A DNA stretch of 41,692 bases from positions 1-41,692 of the forward strand of contig JAPEUG010000119.1 of assembly GCA_026025795.1 (NCBI GenBank), given 5' to 3'. This DNA is from Thelocarpon superellum. Its lineage: Eukaryota. This document shows positions 1-12,423 of the stretch, piece by piece. The notes beneath the pieces are model-generated. The model saw only the letters and a list, made by a program, of their open reading frames with translations. It was not told the origin of the DNA and searched no databases. Numbering within the stretch: position 1 is the first letter of the stretch; the number at the start of each line of letters is the position of its first letter. A program made the position numbers and the translations under genes.

Positions 1-766
1 TGACGCAAGAAGCAGCAACGCGCGAGCAACTACGCAGGGAGTTCCTGGCGATGCAAGACGCGATCAAGGCGACGGAGATCCTGATGCCGTTTGTCTTCTA
101 CGACGGCGCCAACATCCCTGGTGGCGTGTGCAGAGTCAAGAAGGGCGACCACACCTGGCTGTTCCTCGACAAGGCGCGCAAGGTCGGAGCCGAGCTGGGC
201 GTCGGCGGTGGCAGCGGCTTGGGCGAGAAGGCCCACAGTCGTCGCGAATGGGCCCGCGTCGGCGTCGACGACCTGATGTTGGTTCGTGGCGAGGTGATTA
301 TTCCTCATGTACGTTGCTCACCCCCCGCCTCCACCGTCACTCTAGTTCTGTTCCGGGCGACGATCTGACCAGGGGACAGCACTACGACTTCTACTACTTC
401 ATCGTGAACAAGACGAGGGGACCGTCCGGAGGATTGCTGTTCGACTATAGCGCCGAAGCACGACCGTCTTCTACCGCCTCTACCCCGTCCACCTCGGCCT
501 TGTCGACGACCGCGCCCATACTCACCACGAGCGCGGCCGGGAGCAGGAACAAGAAAAGCGGCGAGGAGAGACACGAGCAGGGAGGAGACGACAAGGGGAT
601 AGAAGGAGCCGCGCACGACCCGAACATGACGAAAGTGGTGGACCGGCGCTGGTACGAGCGCAACAAACACATCTTCCCTGCCAGCGTCTGGGAGGAGTTT
701 GAGCCCGAGCGAGACTATGGGAGTGCTGTGAGACGGGATCCAGGCGGGAATGCGTTTTTCTTCTGA
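1..766 (+). CDS. XAP5: XAP5/FAM50 family nuclear protein, 3' part (5' end outside window)
   Basis: Exon to 308 (…EILMPFVFYDG…EWARVGVDDLMLVRGEVIIPH), intron 309-379 (GTACGT…CTGAC…CAG), exon 380-766 (HYDFYYFIVNK…TKVVDRRWYERNKHIFPASVWEEF). These are the conserved XAP5 C-terminal motifs. Confidence 0.9.
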   Translation, partial: DARSSNARATTQGVPGDARRDQGDGDPDAVCLLRRRQHPWWRVQSQEGRPHLAVPRQGAQGRSRAGRRRWQRLGREGPQSSRMGPRRRRRPDVGSWRGDYSSCTLLTPRLHRHSSSVPGDDLTRGQHYDFYYFIVNKTRGPSGGLLFDYSAEARPSSTASTPSTSALSTTAPILTTSAAGSRNKKSGEERHEQGGDDKGIEGAAHDPNMTKVVDRRWYERNKHIFPASVWEEFEPERDYGSAVRRDPGGNAFFF

Positions 767-858
767 CCGCCTCGTCGGTCGTAGATGGCTATCGATCCAT
801 TATGCATGTACGGTGACTACTCCGCCATCCCGCCGGAGAAGTAGGGGAGAAAGCCGGC

Positions 859-2067
859 TCATTTGCCACCCCCCTGGTTGAACTCCATACTGTACCCGCC
901 CGAGCCCTCGTCCTTTTTCAGATTGAAGTTGTCCGTCGAGAGGCCGAACGGCTTGAGTATGCCGTTTCCGAGCTGTTGTCGTCCACATCATCATCAGCCT
1001 CTACTCTTCCCTGCGGTCCCCTTTGCTCTCCATGTAGAAGATCGTCCGCTCACCTCTTTCAACTTCGACATCATCTCCGCCACTTCTTTTCCTTTCGCCT
1101 GCTCCATGCGGGATGGGAGTGAGCGTAGAGCTCGTTGCACGACGGCTCGATCTTGCGCGGAGAGGGTCGTCAGAGCGGGCGAGGAGGAGACGGCTTGGTA
1201 GTCTGTTGCTCGTTAGCCTGCCTGCTCCCCACCAATCGTATCGTACCGTATAGTATCAAGGTGATTGTATATGGTTTGTAGACAGTGTCGTGGCCATACG
1301 TTGACTTGGTCAAGGGGGGCGAGGTGGCACATACCCTCTTGCGCCGCCTGCAGATCCGCCCACGCCCCGCTTTCAGCCCGCGCCTTGGCTCTTCGTAACA
1401 GCGTCTTGGTCCTCATGCGCCCAATCTCGTCGTCGCTGTGGCCTTGGTATGTCTTGGGCCCTTCCACTGCCCCTTTTCTTGCTCCAGCGCTGACTACCTC
1501 CTCGTCCGCTTCTTCCTCGTCCTCTCTTTCCTCTGCTCCTCCTCCGTCATCCCCCTTCTCGTCATCTGCTGTCCCGCTCCCCGCCTCCTCCCCCTTCTTC
1601 TTGATGTCAATCCCCTGCAATCGATTCAACGCATCCAGCGAAGCGGTGGCAGCTGTAACCGCCTCCTTCCACTGTGCAAGTTTGAGATGGCACGCGGCGA
1701 CATTGCTCCGCAGCACGGCGACCTCAAAGTCCAGGTAGTTCGGACACGTCGCGAGCGCCTTGTCATACCCCGTGATGGCATCTTGGAACTGCGAGCTGCC
1801 GAAGAGGGTGTTGGCGTGGCGTTTCTGTTCGTTGGTGGCTTCCAGGAGCGTCTTTTACGGGTCAGCGTCGATTGTCTCACTCTAACGCACCCACAAGGGT
1901 CCAGGCGGGCGTGATTGTCGGGTCTATGTACGCTGTAGACGGGGGAGGGAGAGTGGGGCACTCACAGCTTCTTCCTCTGCCGAGAACCGCACCGGAGAGG
2001 TCCCGTTTGATGCCTGCGTCGTAGCGTCTTCTTCTTCTGCCGAGCTTTTGGGCGTGTTGGAGCTCAT
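859..2067 (-). CDS. TPR-repeat protein, TTC1-like
   Basis: ATG 2067; introns 1965-1852, 1334-1203, 1053-973. TPR motifs ([46 protein letters not shown]) and the TTC1-type tail [39 protein letters not shown]; stop 861-859. Confidence 0.85.
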
Positions 2068-2707
2068 CTTGTCGAGGCGTGGGTGGGTGACGAGAAGGTG
2101 AGTGGGGTAGGTGAACCACCACCAGCTCACAGCACTCGTGCGGATAGTGATAGGTGGTGGGTCGTCGGACTCGGTCCGCGGACCCGAAGGTCGGCTTTCC
2201 GCCTACCACGAACTCCTATCCTGCGTCCTGGATCTCGACCCACCGGCCGCCCTGGCCTCCTCCTAAAGCATGACCGACCCCGCATGGTAGCCGCGAGAAC
2301 CCGAAGCACAATCCTAACAGTTCTATGATCAATTCGCCGAGGCACATCGATCGATGCAGCTGGACAACGGCCACGCGCTGGCCTGTATTACCGCCACGAA
2401 CATCGTAGTCTGGACGGTCTCGCGTAGGACGAAAGAGATCAGGCGCCCTACGAACCAGGGGAATGGGAACAGTACTCTCACTCGCACAAGTCGCGTTGTT
2501 CACGGCGCTTTGCCGCGTTGTACGCGAGAAATACAAACACACCTACGTAGCTCCCTTCCGTCCCGCCATCCCGGTTGTCCCGGCTGGTCTCGTGGCAGAT
2601 GAACTATCCCACCTGTAGCTATGAACCTGTCTGTACATGAAGAGGCAGTGGCCCGACTCGAGTCGAGTTTAGGATACGGAGGACTCACCCACCTACTGCA
2701 TTTTCCA

Positions 2708-2878
2708 TACCTCACCACCACCCCTACACCTCACCACCACCCCTATACCTCACCACCACCCCTGTACCTCACCACCACCCCTATACCTCACCACCACCCC
2801 TATACCTCACCACCACCCCTATACCTCACCACCACCCCTATACCTCACCACCACCCCTATACCTCACCACCACCCCTA
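2708..2878. repeat. Minisatellite, 9 x 19 bp (TACCTCACCACCACCCCTA)
   Basis: Nine near-identical units counted directly, with two single-base variants. Intergenic. Confidence 0.97.
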
Positions 2879-3449
2879 GATTTCCTCCGTCACCTTATAC
2901 TCCGCCGTCACCCTGACCTACGCCCACGTCACGGCAGACACGTCATGTCACGGCATGGCACAGAACTCATGGAAATATTCATCGGATTCGTGACAGAAGT
3001 GATGGGTGAGAAGAACGGGTGCTTCCCATCGCAGACGCTCGCATGTCCAGATACAACCCAACATCAGAAGGATGTGGGGATCCACCGACGGGAGATCCAA
3101 CCCTTCACCCTCGTCGAGGCAAGACACCAGAATTGCAGAGAGTTTGACAACAGCTGCAAAAAGGTCCGTCACAGACAAGAAAAGGGAAACGACACGCGCG
3201 GGTGACAGCGAGGTCTGACAATGAGAAACGAGAAGAGAGAAGCAAGGGAAAAGGCTGAGACAGAACATTGGGGGAAACATCTGGGCGGAACATGGGCTGC
3301 GACGTCGGACCTGCCGAGTCAACGTGTCAAGTGTGAGGGGTGAATCAAGGTGATCAGGGAAACATGCCAACAACAGCAGGGGTGACAAGAGGGCAACAGC
3401 GGGGGACGTCCATCATCCCCGTGCTGCCTCATTCATCCCTCGTCCGTTC

Positions 3450-3503
3450 TTCATCTTCGCCTTCGTCTTCATCTTCGCCTTCGTCTTCATCTTGGCCTTC
3501 GTC
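3450..3503. repeat. 3 x 18 bp tandem repeat (TTCATCTTCGCCTTCGTC)
   Basis: Seen directly; reads DEGEDE on the minus strand. Confidence 0.9.
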
Positions 3504-3593
3504 TTCAACTTCCTCGCCCATGTCGACGGCCGACGCCCCCGCTTCGCCCGACTCACGTGGCACAGAGTGGGTGGTCTCTTCTCAACCTTCCAG

Positions 3594-6500
3594 TCACCCA
3601 AGTCTCGTCCGCTTGTGGGCGGACGATTCCAAATCATCGTCGTCTCCGCCACTCTTGCGCTTCGATCCCTGGGAGGAAGAGGCCGTCTTCAGATCCTCGT
3701 CCCCGTCCCAGTTGATGTACTGGTCAAATGGGGCATATTCGCTCCCACTCGCGGGCAAGTCGGCGTACTCGTCAAACTCATTACACTCGTCATCAATGAG
3801 CACAGATTTGGGTCGGTGAAGCTCAAACGCCTGGCGTTGCTCGCGGTCCTCGTTGCGAGCGAGCTCCGCCAAGCGTTGCAGACGTGGGTGGTCGGTCCAA
3901 TGCTCGTAGACGAGCTCGGCGGTCATGAGATTCATGATGCGTTGATTGACGATGAACAGATGCTCCGATTCGGACCCGAATTTGATATTCTTGCTCCAGT
4001 TGTCGGGATGCATCACGTACTGCACAAAAGCCTTGTCGTTCTCGTCAATCAGCACGTTTTCTGCGAGGGGGTCAAAGGTCGGGCTCCACAGCAGACGACA
4101 CCCCTCTCGTCCCACTGGCTTCGAGCCCACTGCGGTCGTCTGGGGCGCGGGCGCCCCAGCAATCGCCGCATCGGGATAGGAAGCGGCATCCAGGGTCGAA
4201 GTGCCTGGATCCGCGAGAGGCAGGGCCTCGAGGTTGGACGAGCCGGGGTTCGCGAGAGGCGCAGCCCCGAGGGTGGGAGGTTCGCGGTCCACGAAAGCCT
4301 CGGCCTCGATGATGAAGGAGAAAGGGTCCACGAAAAGCCCGTCCTCGAGGTCGTCAAGAGTTATCGCCTCGTTGGAGTCGCCCATGATCTCCACGAGAGC
4401 GGCGTGACAATCAGCCTCTACCCGCTGATCCGCCGATTGCTGGTCGGTCGGACAGCGGGCCTCCGGGTGCTGGGACGCCTGACGCTGAACCGCCGGATAT
4501 TGAGCGCTCGGGCGCTGGGTTACCGGAGGTTGAGCGGTCGAGTGCTGGACCGTCGACTGCTGGCCCGCCGAGTCCTGCGCAGTCGTGGGCTGGGCAATCG
4601 CGGGACGGGCGACTGTGGGAGGAGCGATCGTGGGAGGAGCGGTCGTATACGGCGCAGTGGTAGGTTGGGTGGCCAGGTGACGGGTGGCAGTGGGAGGGAT
4701 GACCGCGGGTTGAATGGCTGCACGAGGTACGGCCAGGTCAGGAGCAGCCGTGCGAGGGACGTTGATGCTCGCATTGGCGGTAGAGATGAAGGTCATTGGG
4801 GTCGCAGCGGTGAGCATCGCTGACTTTGTGGCCGTCATCTTGGCCCCGTCGGCGACCTCATCGCCCGCATTGCCTCGAGGGGTATTGAGAGCATTCACCG
4901 CATCATCCAAGGTGTACGATCCCGATCCCGATCCCGACCGCTTCACTTTCTTCTGTGACAATGCTCCGTCCACGGGCTCGGTACCATCCGCATTAGTAGG
5001 GCCCGATGACTTTCGCTTCTTGCCACGGGGAGCCGACATCGCCGTCGCTGTTGAAACGGCGGGCGTAACTGGACCCGCCGAACCCGTCTGGTTCAAGGGG
5101 GAAAAGCCGGATTGATTGCCGTGCATGATGCCCGTCGGATAGCCCATCGGCGTCCATTGCGAGCCAGCTGTGACCTGGGACACCTGTTGGGCAGGAAGCT
5201 CCGGGGAGATCGGGTTCGTAGCCGTAGACGCGAAGGGCGAGGAGTCCAACAGCCCGAGTGCCTTCTTGTCGTCCGTCTCATCTTCGTCATCCTCTGCCTC
5301 TCCTTCGGCATCTTCTTCTTGCGTATCGACGGTTGCGCGGCTCCGCTTCTGCGTCGGATCGTCCTCACCCAAGGCCTTTCGGCCCTCCTTGATGTGCCGC
5401 GCTTTATTCGAATTGAGCCGCTTGTTCTGTGCCGCACGCTTCATTGACGCGTTAGCTTTCTCTACCGCCACTTTGGCTTAGGTCCTCTCCGTACGTACCT
5501 TGACTTGAGCCTCAGGATTGTCCACCAGATCATCGGTGAATGGAGCATCCATGAGTCGCTTGCAGATGGTCTTCTGGACCTGCACGAGATGCCGCGTTAG
5601 CGAAGTATAGGAGCAACAGGGGTGACACGGTGAAACGTACTCGTAGCGTCGCGCAGAGTTCCTCGATGAGCTCGGTAAAGGTCCGATGGATCGTGGCCTT
5701 GCGGTTCCGCTGCCAATCTGGGACCAAGGGACCGAGCAACTGCTTCAAGATACACTTATTCTGAACACGCGCACCGTCAGTCTCGAGGCCCCAAGACAGA
5801 CAGGGTCGGGGATGAACGAACTAAAAGGTCCCACGCCACCATCTCGACGTGCTTGTCGTCATACTTGCGCGAGCTGAAATTGGTGAACGCCTGCGGCGGC
5901 TTCTTGTTGGCAAGTCGCATCTCCTCAGTGTAGTCGTTGGTGTCGCTGAAGTCAATCATGGCAAGGTGGAGCTTCTTGACCATCGCCTGTTGCGCCTGGA
6001 CTGTCGTTGGTACCGTCCGATCGACCGAGGGATCCAGTCGATGAGATGCAAAGTGCTCATAGCGCGCATCTGATGCTTGCAGCACGTCCTGAAACTCATG
6101 TTGGTAGGTGGGATTGACCGAGCTCGGATCCATGGCACCTCCGGACGTACTCGCTCCCGCGGATCCAGAGGCCGACGCCATCGAGTACCCGCTTAGGTTT
6201 GGATGCAGCAGCGGAGCGCCACTCAACAACGCCGGATGGACGGTATGATCTCCTCGCAGTCGAGTTGAGGCAATCAGTCGCGGGTCGAAGAAGGCTGAAG
6301 CACCCGAGGATGGTTGCGAAGATGGTCGCATCTGAGTTTGTGCTGGTGCTTGGCCCTGCACCGGCATCTGATGTCCTGTTGGAACCTGACCCTGCGTCGG
6401 AATCTGACCTTCCATCTGGATCTGGCCCTGCGTCGGGACCTGGCCCTCCATCTGAATCTGGCCCTGCGTCGGGATCTGGCCCTGCATCGACATTTGATTC

Positions 6501-8773
6501 GGCATCGGTACCTGGGTCTGCCCGGACGTCTGGTGTGGCATTTGCACCTGGTTTCGCCCGGACATCTGGCTTCCACGCGGCCGCATCTGGTTCTGCCCCA
6601 AACTCTGCTGGCCTGACGGCATCGGCACCCGGCTCTTCGCCAGCATCTGCCGCTGCGATTGCAACTGCGGCTGAGATTGAATCCGGGGTTGCGACTGTAT
6701 GCGAGCCTGAGAATGCGTCTGGGGCGCCGATGGCATCTGGGGCGCTGATGGCATCTGGGGCGCTGATGGCATCTGAGGCGCTGATGGCATCAGGGCCTGC
6801 GAAGGCGTCTGGGGCTGCGAGAGCATCTGATAGGCGTTGTACTGCGGCTGCGTGAACTCTTGCGGCAGATAATCCTGGGTCTGATGCCCCACCGTCATCG
6901 TCTCTTGAGTCAGAGGTGCCTGCACGAACGATACGCCTGGTTCATATTGTGGGCCTTGGACGAAGGGCTGACTTGACCAGGCCTGATTTTGGTGGAGGGC
7001 GTGAGCATAGGACTGAGGCTCCATCTGCGGTACATTGTAAGTAGGACGCGGTGCGATCGATCGAGGCTGCGAAGGGTTCGAGTGCGTGGAACGAGCTCCA
7101 CGGCGCACATTGGGCTCAGTCGTCGAACGCGCCAATCCGGGGGCATGCATCACACGCGACTGCGACTGCGATTGCCGCTGCTCCACTGGCGAGGAGGAAT
7201 AGTACGGCGCTTGTCCAGGCGCGCGGCGCATATGGCGATCATGGGCCACCGAGGGCGTCGGGGTCGAGGGCGTTCGCGAGAGGTTGGAGCTCGGGTTTGA
7301 GGAACTCGAATCCGATACCTTGGCAGGCCCACGGCTCACGTTCTCGGGCGGCGTGTTGAACATCTCGTTCTGGCGAGTGATGCCTGTCGATGCGGACATG
7401 GCGGTCCCGTGTCCATGGCCAAACAGTGGTTGGGGATGAACCGACACACTCGCAGGATGCTGGTCCGATGGCATGCGCTGTGGTTGGACGGACGGTGCGT
7501 GATGAGCCTGCGCGTTGTTCGACTGTTGGCTCCCTTCGTGGGCGAGGACTCCAGCACCTGACATGCGTGGGCCTTGGGCCGTTTGGATCCACGTTCCTGG
7601 CGCCTGCGTCTGGCCTTGGGCAGAGGCAGAGGCAGAGTGTTGTTGGGGTAACGTGACGGCCTGCTCCGGAGTCACCTTTCCCTCCGAATTGTTGCCATCA
7701 AGGGGGCCGGCCGGACCAGCCGTGCGAGCCGTGATGGCACCGGGAGTCTGCGTGCTCTCGCTCGGATTCAGAGTCGGCGCGATTGTCTCAGCCTCCGTTG
7801 CTTTGAGATTCGCCACGATTTCGTCCTGATCTTGGGCATCGTTTGTGGCCACTGGTTGCGTGGCCTCGAGAACGACGCTTGAATCGACATTTCCATGCAC
7901 GCCAGAGAGGGGAGAGCCCTGATCAGGAGCCACGGCGGAAAGACTGGCAGTGGGACCGACGTTCGCCTGATCCTCGCCAGGAGCGGTATGCAGGCCATGG
8001 TCGTCAGCGGCGGCTGCGGTGGCCTTGTCGATCAGGGCATTGGCGGCGGCGCCGACAGTGGTCAGGTCACCTGCCGGGGCGTTGTCGCCCACAGTCGCAA
8101 CGTCAATCGTATCATTGGCGGCGATGGTACCGGTAATCAGATGGCTGGTGACATCAGTGGTCAGATCATTGGCGGCAGCGACGTTGGCCGCGTTGGCCGC
8201 GTTGGCCGCGTTGGCCGCGTTGGCCGCGTTGGCCGCGTTGGCGTCATCGGTCAGATCGTCGGCGGCGATGGCATCGGTGATCAGGCCGCCAGCGTTGTTG
8301 AGGTCGTCAGTCTCGTCCTCGAAGGTAGCGGGGTCGATGAACTCTTGAAGATTGAAGGTTTTGTTGGCCGTTGAAAGGTCGTCCTTGAGAAATCCGGCGA
8401 GGTCGTCAAAACCGAGCGCAAGCAGGTTTAGCCCGCCAGTAGCAGGCTTGACATTCTTCACAGGCGCTGAAGCAGAGACGCCGGCGCCGCCAGGATGTTT
8501 GTCGAGAGCTTGATCAACGTGCTGGTCGGGCGCAGTGCCGGAGGCAGTATCTGCAGGATCGAAGTCGATGTCGGGAAAGGAAGGGAAAGGATCATCAGGA
8601 AGGAGAGGATCCTGCGGGGATTGTTCCATCCATGAATCCAAGAAGAAGCTCGTGTCGTCGTAGTTGCCTAGGTACTCGTCCCCATACGTCGCGTTGGCTT
8701 CATTCGCAAAATACAAGTCGCGCGCTTCTTGGTCGCGAGCCTCTTGGCCGGGGGAATCGTTGAGATTTGTCAT
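3594..8773 (-). CDS. Large (~1665 aa) uncharacterised protein: acidic N-terminus, Q/M/P-rich low-complexity region, central helical/basic domain
   Basis: Joins the 1009-aa and 625-aa ORFs through introns 5821-5761, 5640-5580 and 5498-5439, all phase 0. Spliced core: VEMVAWDLLNKCILKQ…LRVQKTICKRLMDAPFTDDLVDNPEAQVKRAAQNKRLNSNKARHIKEG. Internal coding repeats: (AAN)n at ~8184-8240, PSAPQM at ~6720-6790, QGQIQMEGQVPT at ~6390-6490. Confidence 0.8.
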
Positions 8774-8852
8774 GTTGACGGTAGCTCTCGGACCAGCCAG
8801 TCTCAAGGCGTATGGAATCTAAGGAATGTGAAGCAGAAAGGTTCCGCTGGAT

Positions 8853-9378
8853 CTGAAAGTATCAAGAGACCGTTAGTTGCAAATCAGAACCCGAAGACTG
8901 GAAAGACGGCCAGCAGATGGCAGAGCACGCAACGGAAATCGCAAGGAAGAAAGATGGTCGAGAGGTCCTGAGATCCAGAGGGAGGAGGAAATCGACCCAC
9001 AGATCATCCAGGGCAAGGGGTGGGTAGGGTGGGCAAGTGTTTCATCAGGGTGAATCAGGTGCGAGGCCGATAACCTTTTCGGAAGAAGACCGATTCACCA
9101 TGAAAAGGAGGTTGGGAATTTGGTGCAGGTGAATGATAGAAAGTGAGAAAGGGAAGCCCATCATGAGGGCAGCGGGTACCGAAGTGGTCAAAGGCCGAGG
9201 ATGGGCCGACAGAGAGGAAATGCTCGGCAGAGGGCTTACCGTGGGCAAATATGAGGAGCACGATTTAGAGTGCTGGGACGGTCAATCAGCGACGGAATTC
9301 CTCGGGATGGAGACGCCAGAACAGGCGGCGTAGGCCAAGGCAGCTCTCCTGCGCACGATGAGGCGATCGATGACTTAC
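8853..9378 (-). other. Two probable 5'-UTR introns of the large gene (9378-9273 and 9239-8853) flanking a 33-nt non-coding exon
   Basis: GTAAGT…GCTGAT…CAG and GTAAGC…CTAAC…TTTCAG. An in-frame TAG at 8821-8819 precedes ATG 8773, so the leader is non-coding. Confidence 0.6.
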
Positions 9379-10820
9379 ATGATGCAGTCGCCACCGTGGT
9401 CTAGCCAGTAGTAAGGTCGGCGCGAAGCAATGCTTGTCAAGCGTGGGGAATGCCAGGATCAGGGATCGGATCCCGACTCGAGCGTCGAAGAGACGGTGTT
9501 GCACGTCGGTCGCGGGCTGCAAGTGTTGCGAACGTTGGGTTGATCGTGGAGGGACAGTGGGCCAGAGCCAGGGGCAACGTCAGAACGCGTACAGCCCGTC
9601 GAGAAACGTGTAGGATGAGCAGGAGAGCAGAAGAGCAGGAGAGCAAGAGATCCGGAGATGGAGAGAAGTGTAAGGTAGCAAGGGATGGGTGGAGCGAAGG
9701 GAAGTAGATGAGCAGGAAAGAGAGGGGTGCGGTGGAGTGCAAAGATGTGGAGTGCAGAAGTGGGAGAGTGCAAGGGCAAGTTGGGACGCTCCGAAAGTGC
9801 CAGATCTGTGGGCTGGACTTAATGAGGTTGAGCGCGGCAAGCGGGAGACAATAACACAGTGACAGTCCTAAGCGTCACCACAGATCACGCCCAGCCTTAA
9901 CACTTGCCCCAGGCCCAAAACGCCAAAATCCCCCTTTGGGCCAACGTCTCGTTCACTCATCGCCGGGCTGGATGTTTCGCCATAGCCGAAGATGTGGGTC
10001 CCCACGTGGCACGTCAATGGGCCTCGTGGACCAAGTCCGTCGCAGCCTTTTCAATTGGCCGACCTCCACGCCCGTAACATCCCGGGCACCGGTGCCGGCT
10101 GGTAGCCCTGCAGGTACCGCTCAGAACGACAGTCCATGGCCGATGAGCGTCGGTGAGCATTGCCAACGGAGCAGGCGTCTGCTAGCCATCTCGTCGGTCA
10201 GGACACACCTTGACCTTCTCTCGCATTGCATATGAGGCCGAGGCCGTGAGACTGTGGTGGGCCAGACATTGCCACACAGGAAAGTGCAACGCGGCAAACG
10301 TCTCCACCCCAGACCGTCTTCCGGGCGCAGCCGACGGGCAAGAACAAGCTGTTGGCTTGCTCGGCTACCGCGTTGACCAAACAGCGCTTCGAGATTGCTT
10401 CCTTGGAGCTCCAGAGTCGATCCCATCGCCACCGCACGGTCGCACATCGATCGGCCGCCTCGTATGGTGCACTTTGGCCTCAGCTTGAAGCTCCCAAGCT
10501 CGGCCGTCACGCTCGCGGGTAAGTAGAACTTATCAGCATCCAGGTTGCGCGCATACTCACGCGAGCAACTGAGAGCAAAGTACGGTCGAACGTAGCAAGT
10601 TGACTTCAGACGCGCATCGTCGTCACAGTATCACGCACGGCCACGTCACGTCTGCCCTCATCACCATCTCCGAGTCACCTGGCAATGGCACAGCACGAGC
10701 GGAAGAAAGATGGAATTCAGTCACGGCCCTCGAACGCCTCACATGCAAGACAATCACAGTCACGGCGGCGATCGTGGATCACAGGGGCGAGAAGCATAGG
10801 TTGGAACTATGATAGTCAAC

Positions 10821-12060
10821 TCACCAATTCCGTCGTCCTTGGCCTCGTCCACCTCGGCCACCACCAAAATTTCCCTGGCGGTTGCGGTTCGGGTCTCCGC
10901 CCATCATGCTCGGGTCGTATCCAAAGCCCATCTGTTGCTGCTGTTGCTGCTGCTGTTGCTGCTGCCCTCCTGGGCCCTGCGCTCCGTAGCCTGCCTGGGC
11001 GAGGCCAAAGCCTTGGGACGGGTTCCCACCACTCGGGCCGGCAGGTGCCTGTGGCATGCCAAACATGGACGGATCCATTTGGCTCGGGTCCAGGCCTGAC
11101 CCCATCATCTGCGCCATCTGCGCCATCTGCGCCATCATATCGGGCCCCATGTCGCCCATGGAAGGCATGGGAGGCATGGCCATGCCAGTCTGCGGTCCTC
11201 CGGCGTTCGGGAGACCCGGCAGCGGCAGGCCGCCTCCGTCCATGATCATGTTGAAGCCTTTCTTGTCCTCCAAGATGCCATTCCGCGTGTTCTCCTGCTT
11301 CAGGCAGTAGAGAGACCAGGTGAACTCGTCAAACCCATAATTGAAGTAATCGCTGACGTCCGTCCCTGGCTCTCGCCACGGCTTTTCATGCTCCTTGAGA
11401 TCTGGAGATACACGAGAGATCAGTTCGCGGGACCAGTGAGCTCGCAACGTCGGAGGTGTGACCCACCCTCATCAATATTCACTTCGGTGATGGGCTTGCC
11501 CGCAGGCTCGTAGACGGGCTTCGCATCCACATCAATCGTAGACGTCCTCACTGCCGGGTAATCCACTCCCGACTTCGGTACCTCGACCTTGACCGAAGCT
11601 TCGACTCTCTCCGACGGGGCGGCTTTGAGCGTAGTCTCGGCTATGGCCCGTGCCGGTACGGCGCGGATGGCGTTGTGCCGGGACGATTGGCTGATGCGAT
11701 TGTCAGTAACCAGGTCGTCCGCGGCTCCTTGGGCGTCCGTGATGAACTCACGGCGGCGGCTCGGCCTTGCTGCCGTCCTTCCGCTCGGTGATGATTTCAA
11801 TGTCCTGATAGGCGCGTTAGTCGACCGTGCGTCGCCGCCGCTGCGACTTGAAGCCATACCGAGTTGCTCTCATCATCCTCTTCTACCTCTTCATCCTCTT
11901 CATCATCGCCTAAGCCCTCACTCAGCTTCTGGCCAGCGCCACCTGCCGCGCCCGAAGCAGGCTTCGCGTCGACCGGGGGCACATCGCTTGGACCGGGCGC
12001 GGAGAGGTCCGTTCCAATATTGTCCTCGGGCGCGTAGAAATCGTCATCCTCTTCCTCCAT
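10821..12060 (-). CDS. FIP1: Pre-mRNA polyadenylation factor Fip1
   Basis: Acidic N-terminus MEEEDDDFY; introns 11859-11805, 11751-11691, 11466-11402; Fip1 motif KPWREPGTDVSDYFNYGFDEFTWSLYC; polyQ and RGG-type tail. Confidence 0.95.
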
Positions 12061-12423
12061 GATGCTAAGATTGGGGTGTCAAGACGTATCGATAGACGGT
12101 CGAGGTCGATTTTGCAGATCACATCCCCCTCAACGTCCCCACAAGCTTCAGGCAGGCAGCTTTGGTTCACTGCGATCAGTGAACAATGAAGTTCCAGGCG
12201 AAGTTGACTGGCTCGTGTAAACTTTCCGTCTTCCTCCGAGAGGCGAGCTGCGAGCTCCTAATTGAGAACCCTCGGCTCTTCTTTCCCAACTCTTCGCAGT
12301 CCCTACAACATCAGCTTGGATACTGAGACACGTCGGTCAAACTCGAATTTCATGAAGGGTAGCTTCAATCTCTTCCTCCGGCCGTGATCATAGCCGAAGC
12401 TCGTGGCTCCGCTGAAGCTCGCC

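Noticed and set aside
2621..3205. 194-aa ORF with extensin-like PHHHPYTSPPPLY repeats
   Set aside because: Produced by translating a 19-bp (non-3n) minisatellite; no other coding evidence.
3492..4823. 443-aa plus-strand ORF
   Set aside because: Antisense shadow of the large minus-strand gene; non-ATG start and no recognisable motifs.
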